A program made the position numbers and the translations under genes. DNA of 62,218 nucleotides from Anaerolineae bacterium (lineage in GTDB: Bacteria > Chloroflexota > Anaerolineae > Aggregatilineales > UBA3940). The stretch covers positions 1 to 62,218 of the forward strand of contig JAFGNO010000192.1 in NCBI GenBank assembly GCA_016926985.1, written 5' to 3'. Below, piece after piece: positions 35,242 to 44,505 of the stretch; within the stretch, counting starts at the first letter, position 1; every line of letters begins with the position of its first letter. The notes under the pieces are model-generated. The model ran no database searches and was not told where the DNA came from. It worked only from the letters and a program-made list of their open reading frames with translations.

Positions 35242-36642
35242 ATGGTAGACCCACAATATCTTGCAGTACATTGTCATTACTACCAGCCTCCTCGTGGCAA
35301 TCCCTTTGTTGATCAACCGCTGGTTGAAGAAGACGCGGCGCCATATAAAAACTGGAATGAACGCATCACGGCAGAGTGTTATGCCCCCAATGCAGCCATC
35401 AACAACTTCAAGAGCATATCCTTTAACCTGGGCGAAACCCTGGCTGCCTGGTTGGATGTAAATGCGCCGGAAACCTACCAGAAAATCGTCGAGGCGGTCG
35501 GCGAACACCTCGAGCGATTTTCTGTTGGGAATGCCATTGCTCAGGGGATGCATCATACGATCCTGCCCCTGTCCCGGTACGAGGACAAAGTCACACAGGT
35601 TGCCTGGGGCCTGGCAGTATTTAAGCACCGTTTTAAGCACAAACCACAGGGGATGTGGCTGCCGGAGATGGCTGTCGATGAGGAGGTGCTGTGTGTTCTT
35701 GTAGACCATGGCATTGAATGGACGATTCTCTCCGCTGGACAGGTCATTGACCCACCTCCCGGCTCAGGGCCCTTCTGGGTAAACCTGCCGGGGGGGCGTC
35801 GAATCAAGATTTTTGTGCGGGACGATCACCTCAGTAACGATATCGCTTTCAATCTTGGCTACTTTGGTGGCGCCGGGCGCTGGGCGCGTGAAGTGCTGGT
35901 ACCCCGGAAACGCGATGCCGGCGTGCTGACCCTGATTGCAACGGACGGCGAGACTTTTGGTCACCACTGGCGGGGTGAAGAACATTTCTTGCACTGGCTT
36001 TTGACTTATGAGGCCCATGCTGCAGGCTATGATGTGATCTCACTCAATCGATACGCTCAACAGGTGCAGCCGCAGCACACGGTTGCTATCCGGGAGTTCA
36101 GTTCCTGGAGTTGTGGCCACGGTCTATCGCGTTGGGCAACCGGCTGTGACTGCACACCCGGCGATTCAACCTGGAAGGCAGCGCTGCGTCGGGCGATGGA
36201 AAACCTCCGGTTCGAAGTGGATGCAGCTTTTCTTGATTTTGTTGAGCCGATCGACGATGTTGATCCCTATGCGCTTCGAAATGCGTATATTGATGTTGTG
36301 CTTGGCCTTATCAAGCAAGAGGAATTCCTCAAGCACTTTGGCGTGTCTCTGAAAGAAGAAAAGGCGGAGGCCCTATTGAAGCTGGTGATCGCCCAGTTTC
36401 ACCGCCAGCGAATGTTCAGCAGCTGCACCTACTTTTTCCCAGAATTGAATGGACATGCCACCGTATATGGCATTGCAAACGCCGCCTACTGCATCAAGCT
36501 GACTCGCGAGGCCCTCGGGATTGACCTTGCAGAGAGCTTCCGGCGAGACCTGATGATCGCCCGCCAGTATGATGTGAAGACAGGAAAACTGATTGTGGGC
36601 GGGGACCTGTTTGACGAGGTTGTCGAACAGCTTGAAGTCTAA
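35242..36642 (+). CDS. GH57-family protein with DUF3536-like C-terminal region (second GH57 of the operon)
   Basis: 466 aa. It has LAVHCHYYQPPRGNPF (GH57 region I) and ATDGETFGHHW (the region containing the catalytic Glu in GH57). Confidence 0.75.
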   Translation: MVDPQYLAVHCHYYQPPRGNPFVDQPLVEEDAAPYKNWNERITAECYAPNAAINNFKSISFNLGETLAAWLDVNAPETYQKIVEAVGEHLERFSVGNAIAQGMHHTILPLSRYEDKVTQVAWGLAVFKHRFKHKPQGMWLPEMAVDEEVLCVLVDHGIEWTILSAGQVIDPPPGSGPFWVNLPGGRRIKIFVRDDHLSNDIAFNLGYFGGAGRWAREVLVPRKRDAGVLTLIATDGETFGHHWRGEEHFLHWLLTYEAHAAGYDVISLNRYAQQVQPQHTVAIREFSSWSCGHGLSRWATGCDCTPGDSTWKAALRRAMENLRFEVDAAFLDFVEPIDDVDPYALRNAYIDVVLGLIKQEEFLKHFGVSLKEEKAEALLKLVIAQFHRQRMFSSCTYFFPELNGHATVYGIANAAYCIKLTREALGIDLAESFRRDLMIARQYDVKTGKLIVGGDLFDEVVEQLEV

Positions 36643-39071
36643 AATTCTTCTGGTCTGCTGTAGAGGGTTTTATACAGGGCGAAGTGCCTGTATATCCCTT
36701 CAATGTATGCTCTTGGTTCGCTCAGGGTGATCAGTTCCAAGAACAGGTCTGGATCGCCCTGGGCCTGCTGCTGCCAGGTTAACGCGCGTCCAGAACCTGC
36801 GTTGTAGGCAGCCAGCACCGCGTATACATCGCCATCGAACCGGTTAAACTCATCATACAATAGCCAGGTGCCAAAGTTCACGTTGACATAGGGTCGTTGC
36901 AGGTCAGCAACTGAGTAGTCTGGCCAGTTCAGGATAGCTGCAATCCGTTCCCCGGTAGGCGGCCAGATTTGCATCAGGCCCTGTGCGGCGGCACGCGACT
37001 CGGCAAAACCCTCAAAAAGACTCTCTTGCTCAATAATTGCAAAAACAAGCAAAGGATCAAGGGAATACTGGGTGGCGTAGGTTAAAATCAGGTCCTGAAA
37101 ATAGGTGGGATACCTGAGCCGGGCAAGAAATACTGGCCCTTCCAGTGGGGAGATTGATGCCAGCGTATGCAGACGCGCTGCGGCAAGGATCGAGGAACGA
37201 TACAGGCCAATTTCCCGGAAGTAGAGCGCCAGCTGGTACAGCGCAAGTGGATCATTGGCGTAGCTGGTTCGGACAGTATCAAATCCGTTCTTTGCTTCCA
37301 CTGGCATCCCCAGATCCCATAGCTCGCGGGAGCGCAGCATAACCGGGTCCGAAGCGATATCTTCCCGAAGTGTTTCCGCAAGCGGAGGCGTATTGGTCAA
37401 CCCAAACTGTGTGACAAGCCACTGTTCTGCTTCTGCTCTTCCCTCATCAGGGTCGACAGGGATAACCATCTCTCCAGGGTCAGAAAATGGGGCTCCCCCA
37501 CCCAGTAGTTCAGCAGCACGGAAGCTGTAGTAGCGTTCAGGTTCCAGCGACATCGCCAGTTGATAGGCCTCGACAGATTCCGCCTGACGACCCTGTCTGG
37601 CGAGGCTTTTTCCCAGCCAGAACGCATCGCGGGCGGGGCGTGGATTTTCCGCGCTGGCCAGGTTGGCGCGGAATACTGCCTCGGCTGCGCTGGCCTCACC
37701 GCGCAACAGATAGGCAATCCCGATATCAAACAACCCATTAACTGCTCGCGAATCGGCAGGGAACTGCTGCTCCAGGGCGCGGAAAAAGGCTTCAGCGCGG
37801 GTCAGGTCTCCCAGTCCGGCTGTCAGTGCCCCGGCTGCCGCAAGGCCATCCGGAGCCTGGGACAAAAAAGGATAATCCGCAGCCAGGGCCTGATATAGCG
37901 TAAGCGCTGTTTCTATATCCCCGGTTTCGGCATGGATGTCCGCCAGCTCCAGCCAGGTTTTGCCCCACACATCACCTGTCTGCGGCTGATATACCTCAAG
38001 CAGCCATTCCAGGTCGCTGATGGCCTCGTCTGTCCTGCCAAGCGCCCGGTAGGAGATCGCGCGGTAGAAGTACAGTTCAGCCGGGATCTCGTCGTCGGCT
38101 GCTGCATCCAGATAATTGGTGAAAGCCATGATGGCAATGTCGTATTGGCCCTGGAAATAGTTAACCAACCCGCGCTGAAACTGGTCAACCGGGATGTTGG
38201 CAGACAGCAGATCGCGCAGGGCGGTCAGTGCGTCGTAGCTTTGTGGGTAGCGCTCAAAGACAATGCCCAATTGGGTATATGCCGCGTCATAGTCGCCTGC
38301 CTCAAACAGCGTTTGCCCGATGAGGAACTCAATTCTGGCCCGGTATATATAGTCTTCTGCTGAAACAAGTATCGCCTCATACTGGTTGATGGCGGCCTGC
38401 GTATTGCCCTCTGCCCGGCTTATCTCAGCCAGTTTTTCTCGCAGGACATAGCTTTCCTCCAGATCGATGCTGCTCAGGAGAGCCTGTTCGAAACTGAATG
38501 CTGCCCGCGCTGACTGGCCTCCTGCGATGTAAGCATCCCCGATTCGTTCATGGACGAGTGAGTCAATGAGGCCGGGCTTCAGCGTCAGGTAGGTTTGATA
38601 GTCCGATATTGCGCGCGCATAATCGCCCAGCTCCGCATAACAATTGCCGCGCAGAAAATAGGCATGTGCTATGCGCTCGTGGGATGGAAATGCACCAATG
38701 AATGAGTTCAGCGCGGTCAGCGCCTCAGAGCAGCTCCCACTTTGCAGCGCCGCCTGGGCAAGGCCAATTTGGGCTGCGGCTCGCTCAGATTCATTGGAGC
38801 CGGGGTCGGCCAGCACGCGCCTGAATTCGATGACGGCCGTATCCCAGTTTCCGTTGCGGAGGTCGCGCTCGCCCATGTGGATATTTTCTATGGGCGTTGG
38901 TGTGCTGGTTGGCGTGGGAGATGGTATCGGTGAGGCTGGGGGAGCGCTGGCCCAGAGCGTGGCTGTGGCTACTGGCAGGGAATCAGAGCCCTGACTGCAT
39001 GCGCAGACACTCACTGCTATGCTGGCAATCAATACCACAACTGTCAGGCACAGGACCCATTTTTCTCGCAT
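36639..39071 (-). CDS. Secreted/lipoprotein TPR-repeat protein with a C-terminal lytic transglycosylase (SLT) domain
   Basis: 810 aa from MREKWVLCLTVVVLIASIAVSVCAC (signal peptide). It has many TPR units. The C-terminal IIEQESLFEGFAESRAAAQGLMQI...AYNAG is the SLT catalytic Glu-Ser block. The start is supported by a consensus promoter 7 nt upstream. Confidence 0.8.
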   Translation of the reverse strand: MREKWVLCLTVVVLIASIAVSVCACSQGSDSLPVATATLWASAPPASPIPSPTPTSTPTPIENIHMGERDLRNGNWDTAVIEFRRVLADPGSNESERAAAQIGLAQAALQSGSCSEALTALNSFIGAFPSHERIAHAYFLRGNCYAELGDYARAISDYQTYLTLKPGLIDSLVHERIGDAYIAGGQSARAAFSFEQALLSSIDLEESYVLREKLAEISRAEGNTQAAINQYEAILVSAEDYIYRARIEFLIGQTLFEAGDYDAAYTQLGIVFERYPQSYDALTALRDLLSANIPVDQFQRGLVNYFQGQYDIAIMAFTNYLDAAADDEIPAELYFYRAISYRALGRTDEAISDLEWLLEVYQPQTGDVWGKTWLELADIHAETGDIETALTLYQALAADYPFLSQAPDGLAAAGALTAGLGDLTRAEAFFRALEQQFPADSRAVNGLFDIGIAYLLRGEASAAEAVFRANLASAENPRPARDAFWLGKSLARQGRQAESVEAYQLAMSLEPERYYSFRAAELLGGGAPFSDPGEMVIPVDPDEGRAEAEQWLVTQFGLTNTPPLAETLREDIASDPVMLRSRELWDLGMPVEAKNGFDTVRTSYANDPLALYQLALYFREIGLYRSSILAAARLHTLASISPLEGPVFLARLRYPTYFQDLILTYATQYSLDPLLVFAIIEQESLFEGFAESRAAAQGLMQIWPPTGERIAAILNWPDYSVADLQRPYVNVNFGTWLLYDEFNRFDGDVYAVLAAYNAGSGRALTWQQQAQGDPDLFLELITLSEPRAYIEGIYRHFALYKTLYSRPEEF

Positions 39072-39078
39072 GATGCCG

Positions 39079-39107
39079 ATTATCCCGGTGTTTTTTGCTC
39101 TTGTCAA
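39079..39107 (-). promoter_or_regulatory. Consensus promoter for the TPR-SLT gene, leaderless geometry
   Basis: The minus strand reads TTGACA-17 nt-GATAAT followed by 7 nt (cggcatc) and the ATG at 39071. Confidence 0.6.
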
Positions 39108-39193
39108 TGACAGACTCCACCACTTCCAATCACAAACCATCCAGTCGATGGACAGTTGACCGGGTTGTTTTTCTGACAGGGGGGGAAGAAGAC

Positions 39194-39571
39194 TCAGGCC
39201 GATCTGTTTTTAGCCAGGGTGCTGATTTTTGTGAGGAGATCAAGGTGTTTGATCGGCTTATGCAGATAGTCACTGGCGCCAGCCTGGTAGCCTTCCTCAA
39301 TTGATGCCGGATCGCCCAGTGCTGACAGGATAACAATGGGCACATCAGCCGTAGCCGGTCGTTCTCGAATCAACCGGCACAGCGTGATACCATCCAGCCC
39401 GGGCATCATTACATCCAGGATGATCAGGTCCGGTGTGCTTTGATCAAGCAATTCAAGCGCCTCATAGCCGTTGAGGGCTTTAATGACCTGGTAGCCTCCG
39501 CGCTCAAGCATCAGGCTGATCAGCGTCAGTGCTCGAACCTCATCATCAACAGCAAGGATAGTTGTTATCAT
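39194..39571 (-). CDS. Stand-alone response-regulator receiver domain (CheY-like)
   Basis: 125 aa. It has ILAVDDE, the DLIILDVMMPGLDG phospho-acceptor Asp and a conserved Lys in YLHKP. There is no output domain and no kinase in the window. Confidence 0.85.
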   Translation of the reverse strand: MITTILAVDDEVRALTLISLMLERGGYQVIKALNGYEALELLDQSTPDLIILDVMMPGLDGITLCRLIRERPATADVPIVILSALGDPASIEEGYQAGASDYLHKPIKHLDLLTKISTLAKNRSA

Positions 39572-39787
39572 GTTTCCGCGGCCAGGCTCTAGTTACCCCA
39601 CGCATTGAGTCTACTTGAGTTCCAGACAAATTGAAAATCCGGTTTTATGCATGCCAGGAAGGTGAGCCGCGGTTTCAGGTTTCTTTTCAGGCCGGCATTT
39701 TCCACTGATCTAGTGGCGATTTGCTTCCCGGTGCTGTACTATCAACCCGGCGTGCAGCGATCCGAATCTGGTATTAGGGAGGTATTT

Positions 39788-40573
39788 GTGCGCCTGGCTT
39801 CTGAAGGGGATATTGTTCTGATTTACAATGAGCGTGATGGGAAATATTTCGTCCGCAGGTTGACATCTGGCGGCCGGCTGCAAACGCACACCGGAGAAAT
39901 CTTCCATGACGATCTGATAGGGACGCCTATTGGCTCTCGCGTGCTGACCCATCTGGGCAGCCCGTATTTACTGTTCCTGCCAACCACAGATGAATTAGTG
40001 CGAAATCTCAAGCGGCGCAGCCAGATCATCTTTCCAAAAGATGCCGGTTATCTTGTCATGAAGCTGGGTATTGTTCCGGGCAGTCGTGTCTTGGAAGCCG
40101 GGACAGGCAGCGGGGGACTGTGTGTGATACTGGCATCGATTGTCGGCAGTGATGGTCAGGTCTATTCCTATGATGTGCGCGAAGATATGAGCAGGCTGGC
40201 CGCTGAAAACCTCGCTTTCCTTGGTTTGGATGATCGGGTCACATTCACGGTGCGCGAAGCCGCCGATGGCTTTGATGAGGCGGACCTTGACGCGGTTATC
40301 CTGGACATGCTTGAGCCCTGGCGGGTACTTGAGGCCGCCCATGCCGCCTTGCGGGGTGGGGGGATGCTGGGATGTCTGGTGCCGACTGTCAATCAGCTGA
40401 CCCGCCTGATTGCCAACCTGAAGGTACATCCGGGGTTTGGATTTATTGAAGCAGAAGAGCTGTTGCTACGTCCCTTCAAGACCCTTCCCGAGCGGATCCG
40501 ACCGGAAGACAGGATTGTCGGGCACACGGGATATCTGGTTTTCGCACGTGCCCTGGTGCGCTCAGATCGGTAA
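39788..40573 (+). CDS. trmI: tRNA (adenine58-N1)-methyltransferase TrmI/GCD14 family
   Basis: 261 aa from a GTG 5 nt after a GGGAGG SD. It has the N-terminal beta domain (GDIVLIYNERDGKYFVRRL) and the SAM motif LEAGTGSGGL. Confidence 0.82.
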   Translation: MRLASEGDIVLIYNERDGKYFVRRLTSGGRLQTHTGEIFHDDLIGTPIGSRVLTHLGSPYLLFLPTTDELVRNLKRRSQIIFPKDAGYLVMKLGIVPGSRVLEAGTGSGGLCVILASIVGSDGQVYSYDVREDMSRLAAENLAFLGLDDRVTFTVREAADGFDEADLDAVILDMLEPWRVLEAAHAALRGGGMLGCLVPTVNQLTRLIANLKVHPGFGFIEAEELLLRPFKTLPERIRPEDRIVGHTGYLVFARALVRSDR

Positions 40574-40589
40574 GGCCTGGTAGAAAGTC

Positions 40590-42068
40590 ATGAGGCATTC
40601 TGTTCAATCCCGTATGACAAAAAAACTGACGGGCTGTCTTGTGCTGATGGTACTGGTTGCCTGTGCAGACCAGCACACCGTCGAGTCAGAGACACCGCTT
40701 GCAGCAACTGCCACTTTGCAGAATGCTGCCGAAACACCTGCCTCGACTACTGCTCCACCAGCAGCATGCCAGTACCAGCCAGGACAGATCATCCTGGAAT
40801 ATGCTGGTAGCCTTGAGCCTGGCGCGGGTGGGCTTGAGTTGGGTTTTTGTGCACCGGCATGGCAGGTTATCCGGGTAGATACAGGCACCCCGGATAGCCA
40901 GCTGATCTACCGGTTTTCTATCACAGATAAGTTTCACAATGTGCTTTCCACGTTTGAGGCGGGTGGCGCTGCCGGGCCAGGCTCAATTGCCGAACTCAAT
41001 CTGCCTTATGCTGGAATCTATGATGTGCTTGTTGAACTCATCCAGGGAAATGGAGAAGTGACTTTAGCTGTGACAGCCCTGGATGCGCCAGGCAGCAGCC
41101 TCCATAGCGCTGAACTTCCTTTGGATGTGCAGGCAGCGTTTACTGTCAGGCGGGCCTCTCACACTCACTCGCTCATGATGACCAGGGGGCAGTGGTTTTT
41201 TCTTGGATTAACAACTACCCGGGGCCTTCAGGTTGATGCGCGGTTGTATGATCCAGCAGGTGCTGAAGTGACGTTGAAGCCTGCCGTGACAGCATTTGGC
41301 GGGCAGGTGCTTGCTGCTGAAGCCCCGTTGGAGGGGCAATATGTGATTGTGATAGCCAATGAGAACGAAACAACGGGCGAATACCAGCTGCATGTCGCCA
41401 GTGCTGCGAAGATTCCTCCCCCGGCAGATATTCAGTTTGTGGTCTATAACCAGGACTATCGTGCAACGTTCACACAATCTGATACTATCGATATTGCGTT
41501 CTCAGGGCAGCTTGGCGATGTCCTGCAATTGTCTGTCAGAGATATGAGTTCCGGGTTAGGGGTTGTTTTCCATTTGGTCGGGTCATCAGGGGGTGTCCTG
41601 GCCTGGGCAGACAGCAAGGCAGGCCAATCAGCGAGCGTGGACGAAATTCAGTTGCCTTATACCGGAACTTTTTATATACGCCTCTACCCCCGGGGCAGTG
41701 GTCAGGCGGTGCTTCGCATTGATGAACTCGGTCGACAGAACCTGACAGGTGGAGGACAGTTTGGCATCAATTCTCACGCAGCAGGCTCTGGTCGTTTTGA
41801 CGGCGCCAATGCCTATCATCTTTACCAGTTTACCGGTGCTGCCACCAATGCTGTATACCTGAAGATTACGCCAGTAACGAGCAGAATTATTATGGCTCTG
41901 TACTCGCCTTCAGGGCAGTATACTGGTTTCTGGCAGATGCGGGATTCGGGAGAGGGCGCCAATACGATTTATTATGAACTCGCTGAGACCGGGACTTTTA
42001 CATTGATAGTCTATACAGCAGATGACTACGCCGGTGTCTACGAACTGGAATTTACCAGGGAGGAATAA
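40590..42068 (+). CDS. Lipoprotein made of four PPC (bacterial pre-peptidase C-terminal)-like beta-sandwich modules
   Basis: 492 aa with the lipobox LVAC at LMVLVACADQ. It has four ~100-aa modules that each end in a G.Y.(L/V).V pattern (GIYDVLVELIQ, GQYVIVIANE...YQLHVAS, GTFYIRLYPR, GTFTLIVYTA...YELEFT). A DARLYDPAG-type mid-motif is present. Confidence 0.6.
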   Translation: MRHSVQSRMTKKLTGCLVLMVLVACADQHTVESETPLAATATLQNAAETPASTTAPPAACQYQPGQIILEYAGSLEPGAGGLELGFCAPAWQVIRVDTGTPDSQLIYRFSITDKFHNVLSTFEAGGAAGPGSIAELNLPYAGIYDVLVELIQGNGEVTLAVTALDAPGSSLHSAELPLDVQAAFTVRRASHTHSLMMTRGQWFFLGLTTTRGLQVDARLYDPAGAEVTLKPAVTAFGGQVLAAEAPLEGQYVIVIANENETTGEYQLHVASAAKIPPPADIQFVVYNQDYRATFTQSDTIDIAFSGQLGDVLQLSVRDMSSGLGVVFHLVGSSGGVLAWADSKAGQSASVDEIQLPYTGTFYIRLYPRGSGQAVLRIDELGRQNLTGGGQFGINSHAAGSGRFDGANAYHLYQFTGAATNAVYLKITPVTSRIIMALYSPSGQYTGFWQMRDSGEGANTIYYELAETGTFTLIVYTADDYAGVYELEFTREE

Positions 42069-42072
42069 CGCC

Positions 42073-43596
42073 TTGGCAGCAAACAGGAATCAGGGAGGAG
42101 TCAGGGCGTCTGTTCTGGGCTTGTTGATTGCTGTCTGTACTGCTGGCTGTCAGACTGAGGTAGTCCCCACGGCATTGCCAGAAACGCCCACGCCCGAACC
42201 CACCTGGACGGCAACGCCAACCAGCATGCCCACACTGGAACCAACGCTGGAGCAAACGCCCTTGCCAACAGAACCTGGCCCTGAGATTGTCGAGCAATAT
42301 CGGGTGCCGATTTATGATCAAACCGAGTCGATCTATCCACTGGTGGGGCAGATCGATTATGCCGTACGCATTGAGCTTCAGGCTATCACCGATTCTCTGG
42401 ATGTGGTGCTAACGCTGGAAAATCCTGCGGGGGATCGCCTGATGACGGCGGATTCGGGCGGTGCGGGAGAAGCTGAGATTATCGGCACATTTGAGTTCCC
42501 GGGTGAGGGTATATACGAGATTGGCATCCGCGCCCACGGCGGCGAAGGTGAAGCTCTGCTGACCATCTATAAACTGGAACCATCAGACATTGAGGGGGGA
42601 GGCGTTCTATCGGTCACGGGTGGTCAGATGACTGGCGTCATGGCCCGACCCGGATCATACCACACGTTCCGTTTGCAGGTTGTCCGGGGGATGCGCTTTA
42701 ACCTCTGGGCACAGGCGCTCACTCTGGACCTTGACCTGCTGTTTTATCTCTACAGCCCGGAGGGCATCCTGATCGCGGCAGTTGATGATACAATCGGTTT
42801 GGACCCCTATCTCTGGAATTTCATGCCCGATCAAACGGGCGTATACACAGTGGTACTGGCGAATTATGATGAGAATGGTGGGAATTACCTGCTTGGTGTG
42901 GCTCCGGCGGAGAGCAATGGTGCGGCCACTCTCCATACAACAACAATTCTTGAAATATCAGGGTTTCCCCGAAAAAGCGTCTGGCTGACTGTTGATGGTC
43001 AGGCCATGGATGGGATTCGCGTCTTTGCCACCCCAACAACATTTGCTGTTGATGTGACCATCGCTGTCTATGATCCCTACGGCAATCGGTTGCAATATAT
43101 TGATGAATGGGATGCTGGTTACCAGGAGAAGCTGTCCGTATTCCAGTTCCCTTACGATGGCGTATACCAGATCGAGTTCACCACGGTGCTCGACGGTGGT
43201 ACAATTGAATACACCATTCAGCCCCTGGGGCTTGCAGAGATCAATAATGGTGGAGAAATTAGCCCGGGGCTAACAGGTTTGGATGGGATTATCCCTGGCA
43301 CGGGGTCGTTGCTGTCTTACTACTTTGACGGTCAACAGGATCAGATTATCGGGATCGATGCGCATGCTATGCCATCTGACCGGCTGGATCTTGGCTTTGA
43401 CCTGTATGGCCCTCATGGGGAGCACCTTGCCACCGGCAGTGACACCATCGGGCGGAACCCACAGCTCTCCGAGTTTCAACTGCCGGAAACAGGGCGCTAT
43501 ACCCTGGTTGTCTACAATGTAGGGAGAACCTGGGGGCATTTCTCGGTGTTGGTTACTTATCCTGATGCAGCAACGCCGACCCCGGCGCCACACTAA
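42073..43596 (+). CDS. Paralogous lipoprotein with four PPC-like modules
   Basis: It has the lipobox LLIAVCTAGC. Modules contain DLDLLFYLYSPEG...GVYTVVLANYDENGGNYLLGV, VTIAVYDPYG...GVYQIEFT and LGFDLYGPHG...GRYTLVVYN. The start is uncertain: a TTG at 42073, 9 nt after GGGAGG, versus the ATG at 42022 that overlaps the upstream gene by 47 nt. Confidence 0.6.
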   Translation: MAANRNQGGVRASVLGLLIAVCTAGCQTEVVPTALPETPTPEPTWTATPTSMPTLEPTLEQTPLPTEPGPEIVEQYRVPIYDQTESIYPLVGQIDYAVRIELQAITDSLDVVLTLENPAGDRLMTADSGGAGEAEIIGTFEFPGEGIYEIGIRAHGGEGEALLTIYKLEPSDIEGGGVLSVTGGQMTGVMARPGSYHTFRLQVVRGMRFNLWAQALTLDLDLLFYLYSPEGILIAAVDDTIGLDPYLWNFMPDQTGVYTVVLANYDENGGNYLLGVAPAESNGAATLHTTTILEISGFPRKSVWLTVDGQAMDGIRVFATPTTFAVDVTIAVYDPYGNRLQYIDEWDAGYQEKLSVFQFPYDGVYQIEFTTVLDGGTIEYTIQPLGLAEINNGGEISPGLTGLDGIIPGTGSLLSYYFDGQQDQIIGIDAHAMPSDRLDLGFDLYGPHGEHLATGSDTIGRNPQLSEFQLPETGRYTLVVYNVGRTWGHFSVLVTYPDAATPTPAPH

Positions 43597-43622
43597 AAAG
43601 CCGGGTGTATCACCCGGCTTTT
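43596..43622. terminator. Bidirectional Rho-independent terminator between the PPC lipoprotein gene and rplY
   Basis: AAAA-GCCGGGTG-TAT-CACCCGGC-TTTT. The 8-bp GC-rich stem is flanked by an A-run and a T-run, between convergent genes. Confidence 0.75.
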
Positions 43623-43647
43623 CGGCGCTTTTCTGTTAATCTGGCTA

Positions 43648-44310
43648 TTAATCTTCTTCGTCTTCTTCGCGACGCTCTCTGATGACCTCAACTTCCTGTT
43701 CGCCATCAATGAAGAGTTCTTCTTTCTCTACCTCTTCCTTGATCTCCTCTTCAAGCCGCATATAATCGATCTTGATGACCAGCTCGTTCAAATCGGTTTG
43801 AGCAGTGCAGCCTTTTGGCAGATCCAGTTCGCCAACGGTTATCTGCATTCCCACTTCATCAAGCTTGCTGATATCCACCTCGATATGAGAGGGGAGATCG
43901 CCCGGAAGGGCTTCAATGCTGAGGTTGCTCATACCCTGCATAATAGTTCCCATCCCGCTTTCGACAGCGGGCGATTCGTTTACAAGCAGGATTGGGACAT
44001 CAGCCGCGATCAGACGCGTCATTGATACCCGGTAGAAATCCACGTGCAGGATATCGCCTCGAATAGGTTCGCGTTGGACCTTTCGGGCAAGTACCGGGAT
44101 GGCCTCTTTGCCCAGTTGAAGCTCTATGACCTGTGTTCCGCCTGCGTCCAGAAGGGTTTGCCGCAGGGGGCCCTGTTGAATGGAAATGGTGATTGGCTCT
44201 GATTCTGGCCCATAGACCACAGCCGGGATGAGTCCTTCCCGTCGTAGGTGTCTGACTTTCTTGCCAATAATATCGCGGTTTTGAATCTCTAGCTTTAAGG
44301 GGTCGCTCAT
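43648..44310 (-). CDS. rplY: 50S ribosomal protein L25/general stress protein Ctc
   Basis: 220 aa. It reads GKKVRHLRREGLIPAVVYG...DILHVDFYRV and has a long acidic C-terminal tail. Confidence 0.9.
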   Translation of the reverse strand: MSDPLKLEIQNRDIIGKKVRHLRREGLIPAVVYGPESEPITISIQQGPLRQTLLDAGGTQVIELQLGKEAIPVLARKVQREPIRGDILHVDFYRVSMTRLIAADVPILLVNESPAVESGMGTIMQGMSNLSIEALPGDLPSHIEVDISKLDEVGMQITVGELDLPKGCTAQTDLNELVIKIDYMRLEEEIKEEVEKEELFIDGEQEVEVIRERREEDEED

Positions 44311-44441
44311 AACTTACCTTCTCCTCTTGATCGCCAGGCCGTTTCCCTCAGTCCACAGCTGGCGGAATCAGCGTATTAACGCGTAAAGTGATGGGCTTAC
44401 TCCGGTATTTAGAAATTCCCGGGGACGGCCTCGCAGGCGCT

Positions 44442-44470
44442 ATTTTACCGGGTGGAACAAACACCGTCAA
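44442..44470 (-). promoter_or_regulatory. Sigma-70-type promoter for rplY
   Basis: The minus strand reads TTGACG-17 nt-TAAAAT. It predicts a roughly 125-nt leader before the GAGGAG SD and the ATG at 44310. Confidence 0.55.
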
Positions 44471-44505
44471 CAGGTATATTTACAAGCCAACTGCCGGGTC
44501 ATGAG

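Noticed and set aside
39572-39787. A possible regulatory RNA in the 216-nt spacer between the receiver gene and trmI.
   Set aside because: Only 5-bp hairpins are present (for example CCACT-GATCT-AGTGG). The two CCGCGG-containing segments are not complementary.
42022-42072. ATG at 42022 as the start of the second PPC lipoprotein (47-nt overlap with the first).
   Set aside because: I did not reject it firmly. I prefer the TTG at 42073 because it lies 9 nt after GGGAGG and avoids the overlap. The signal peptide is the same either way.
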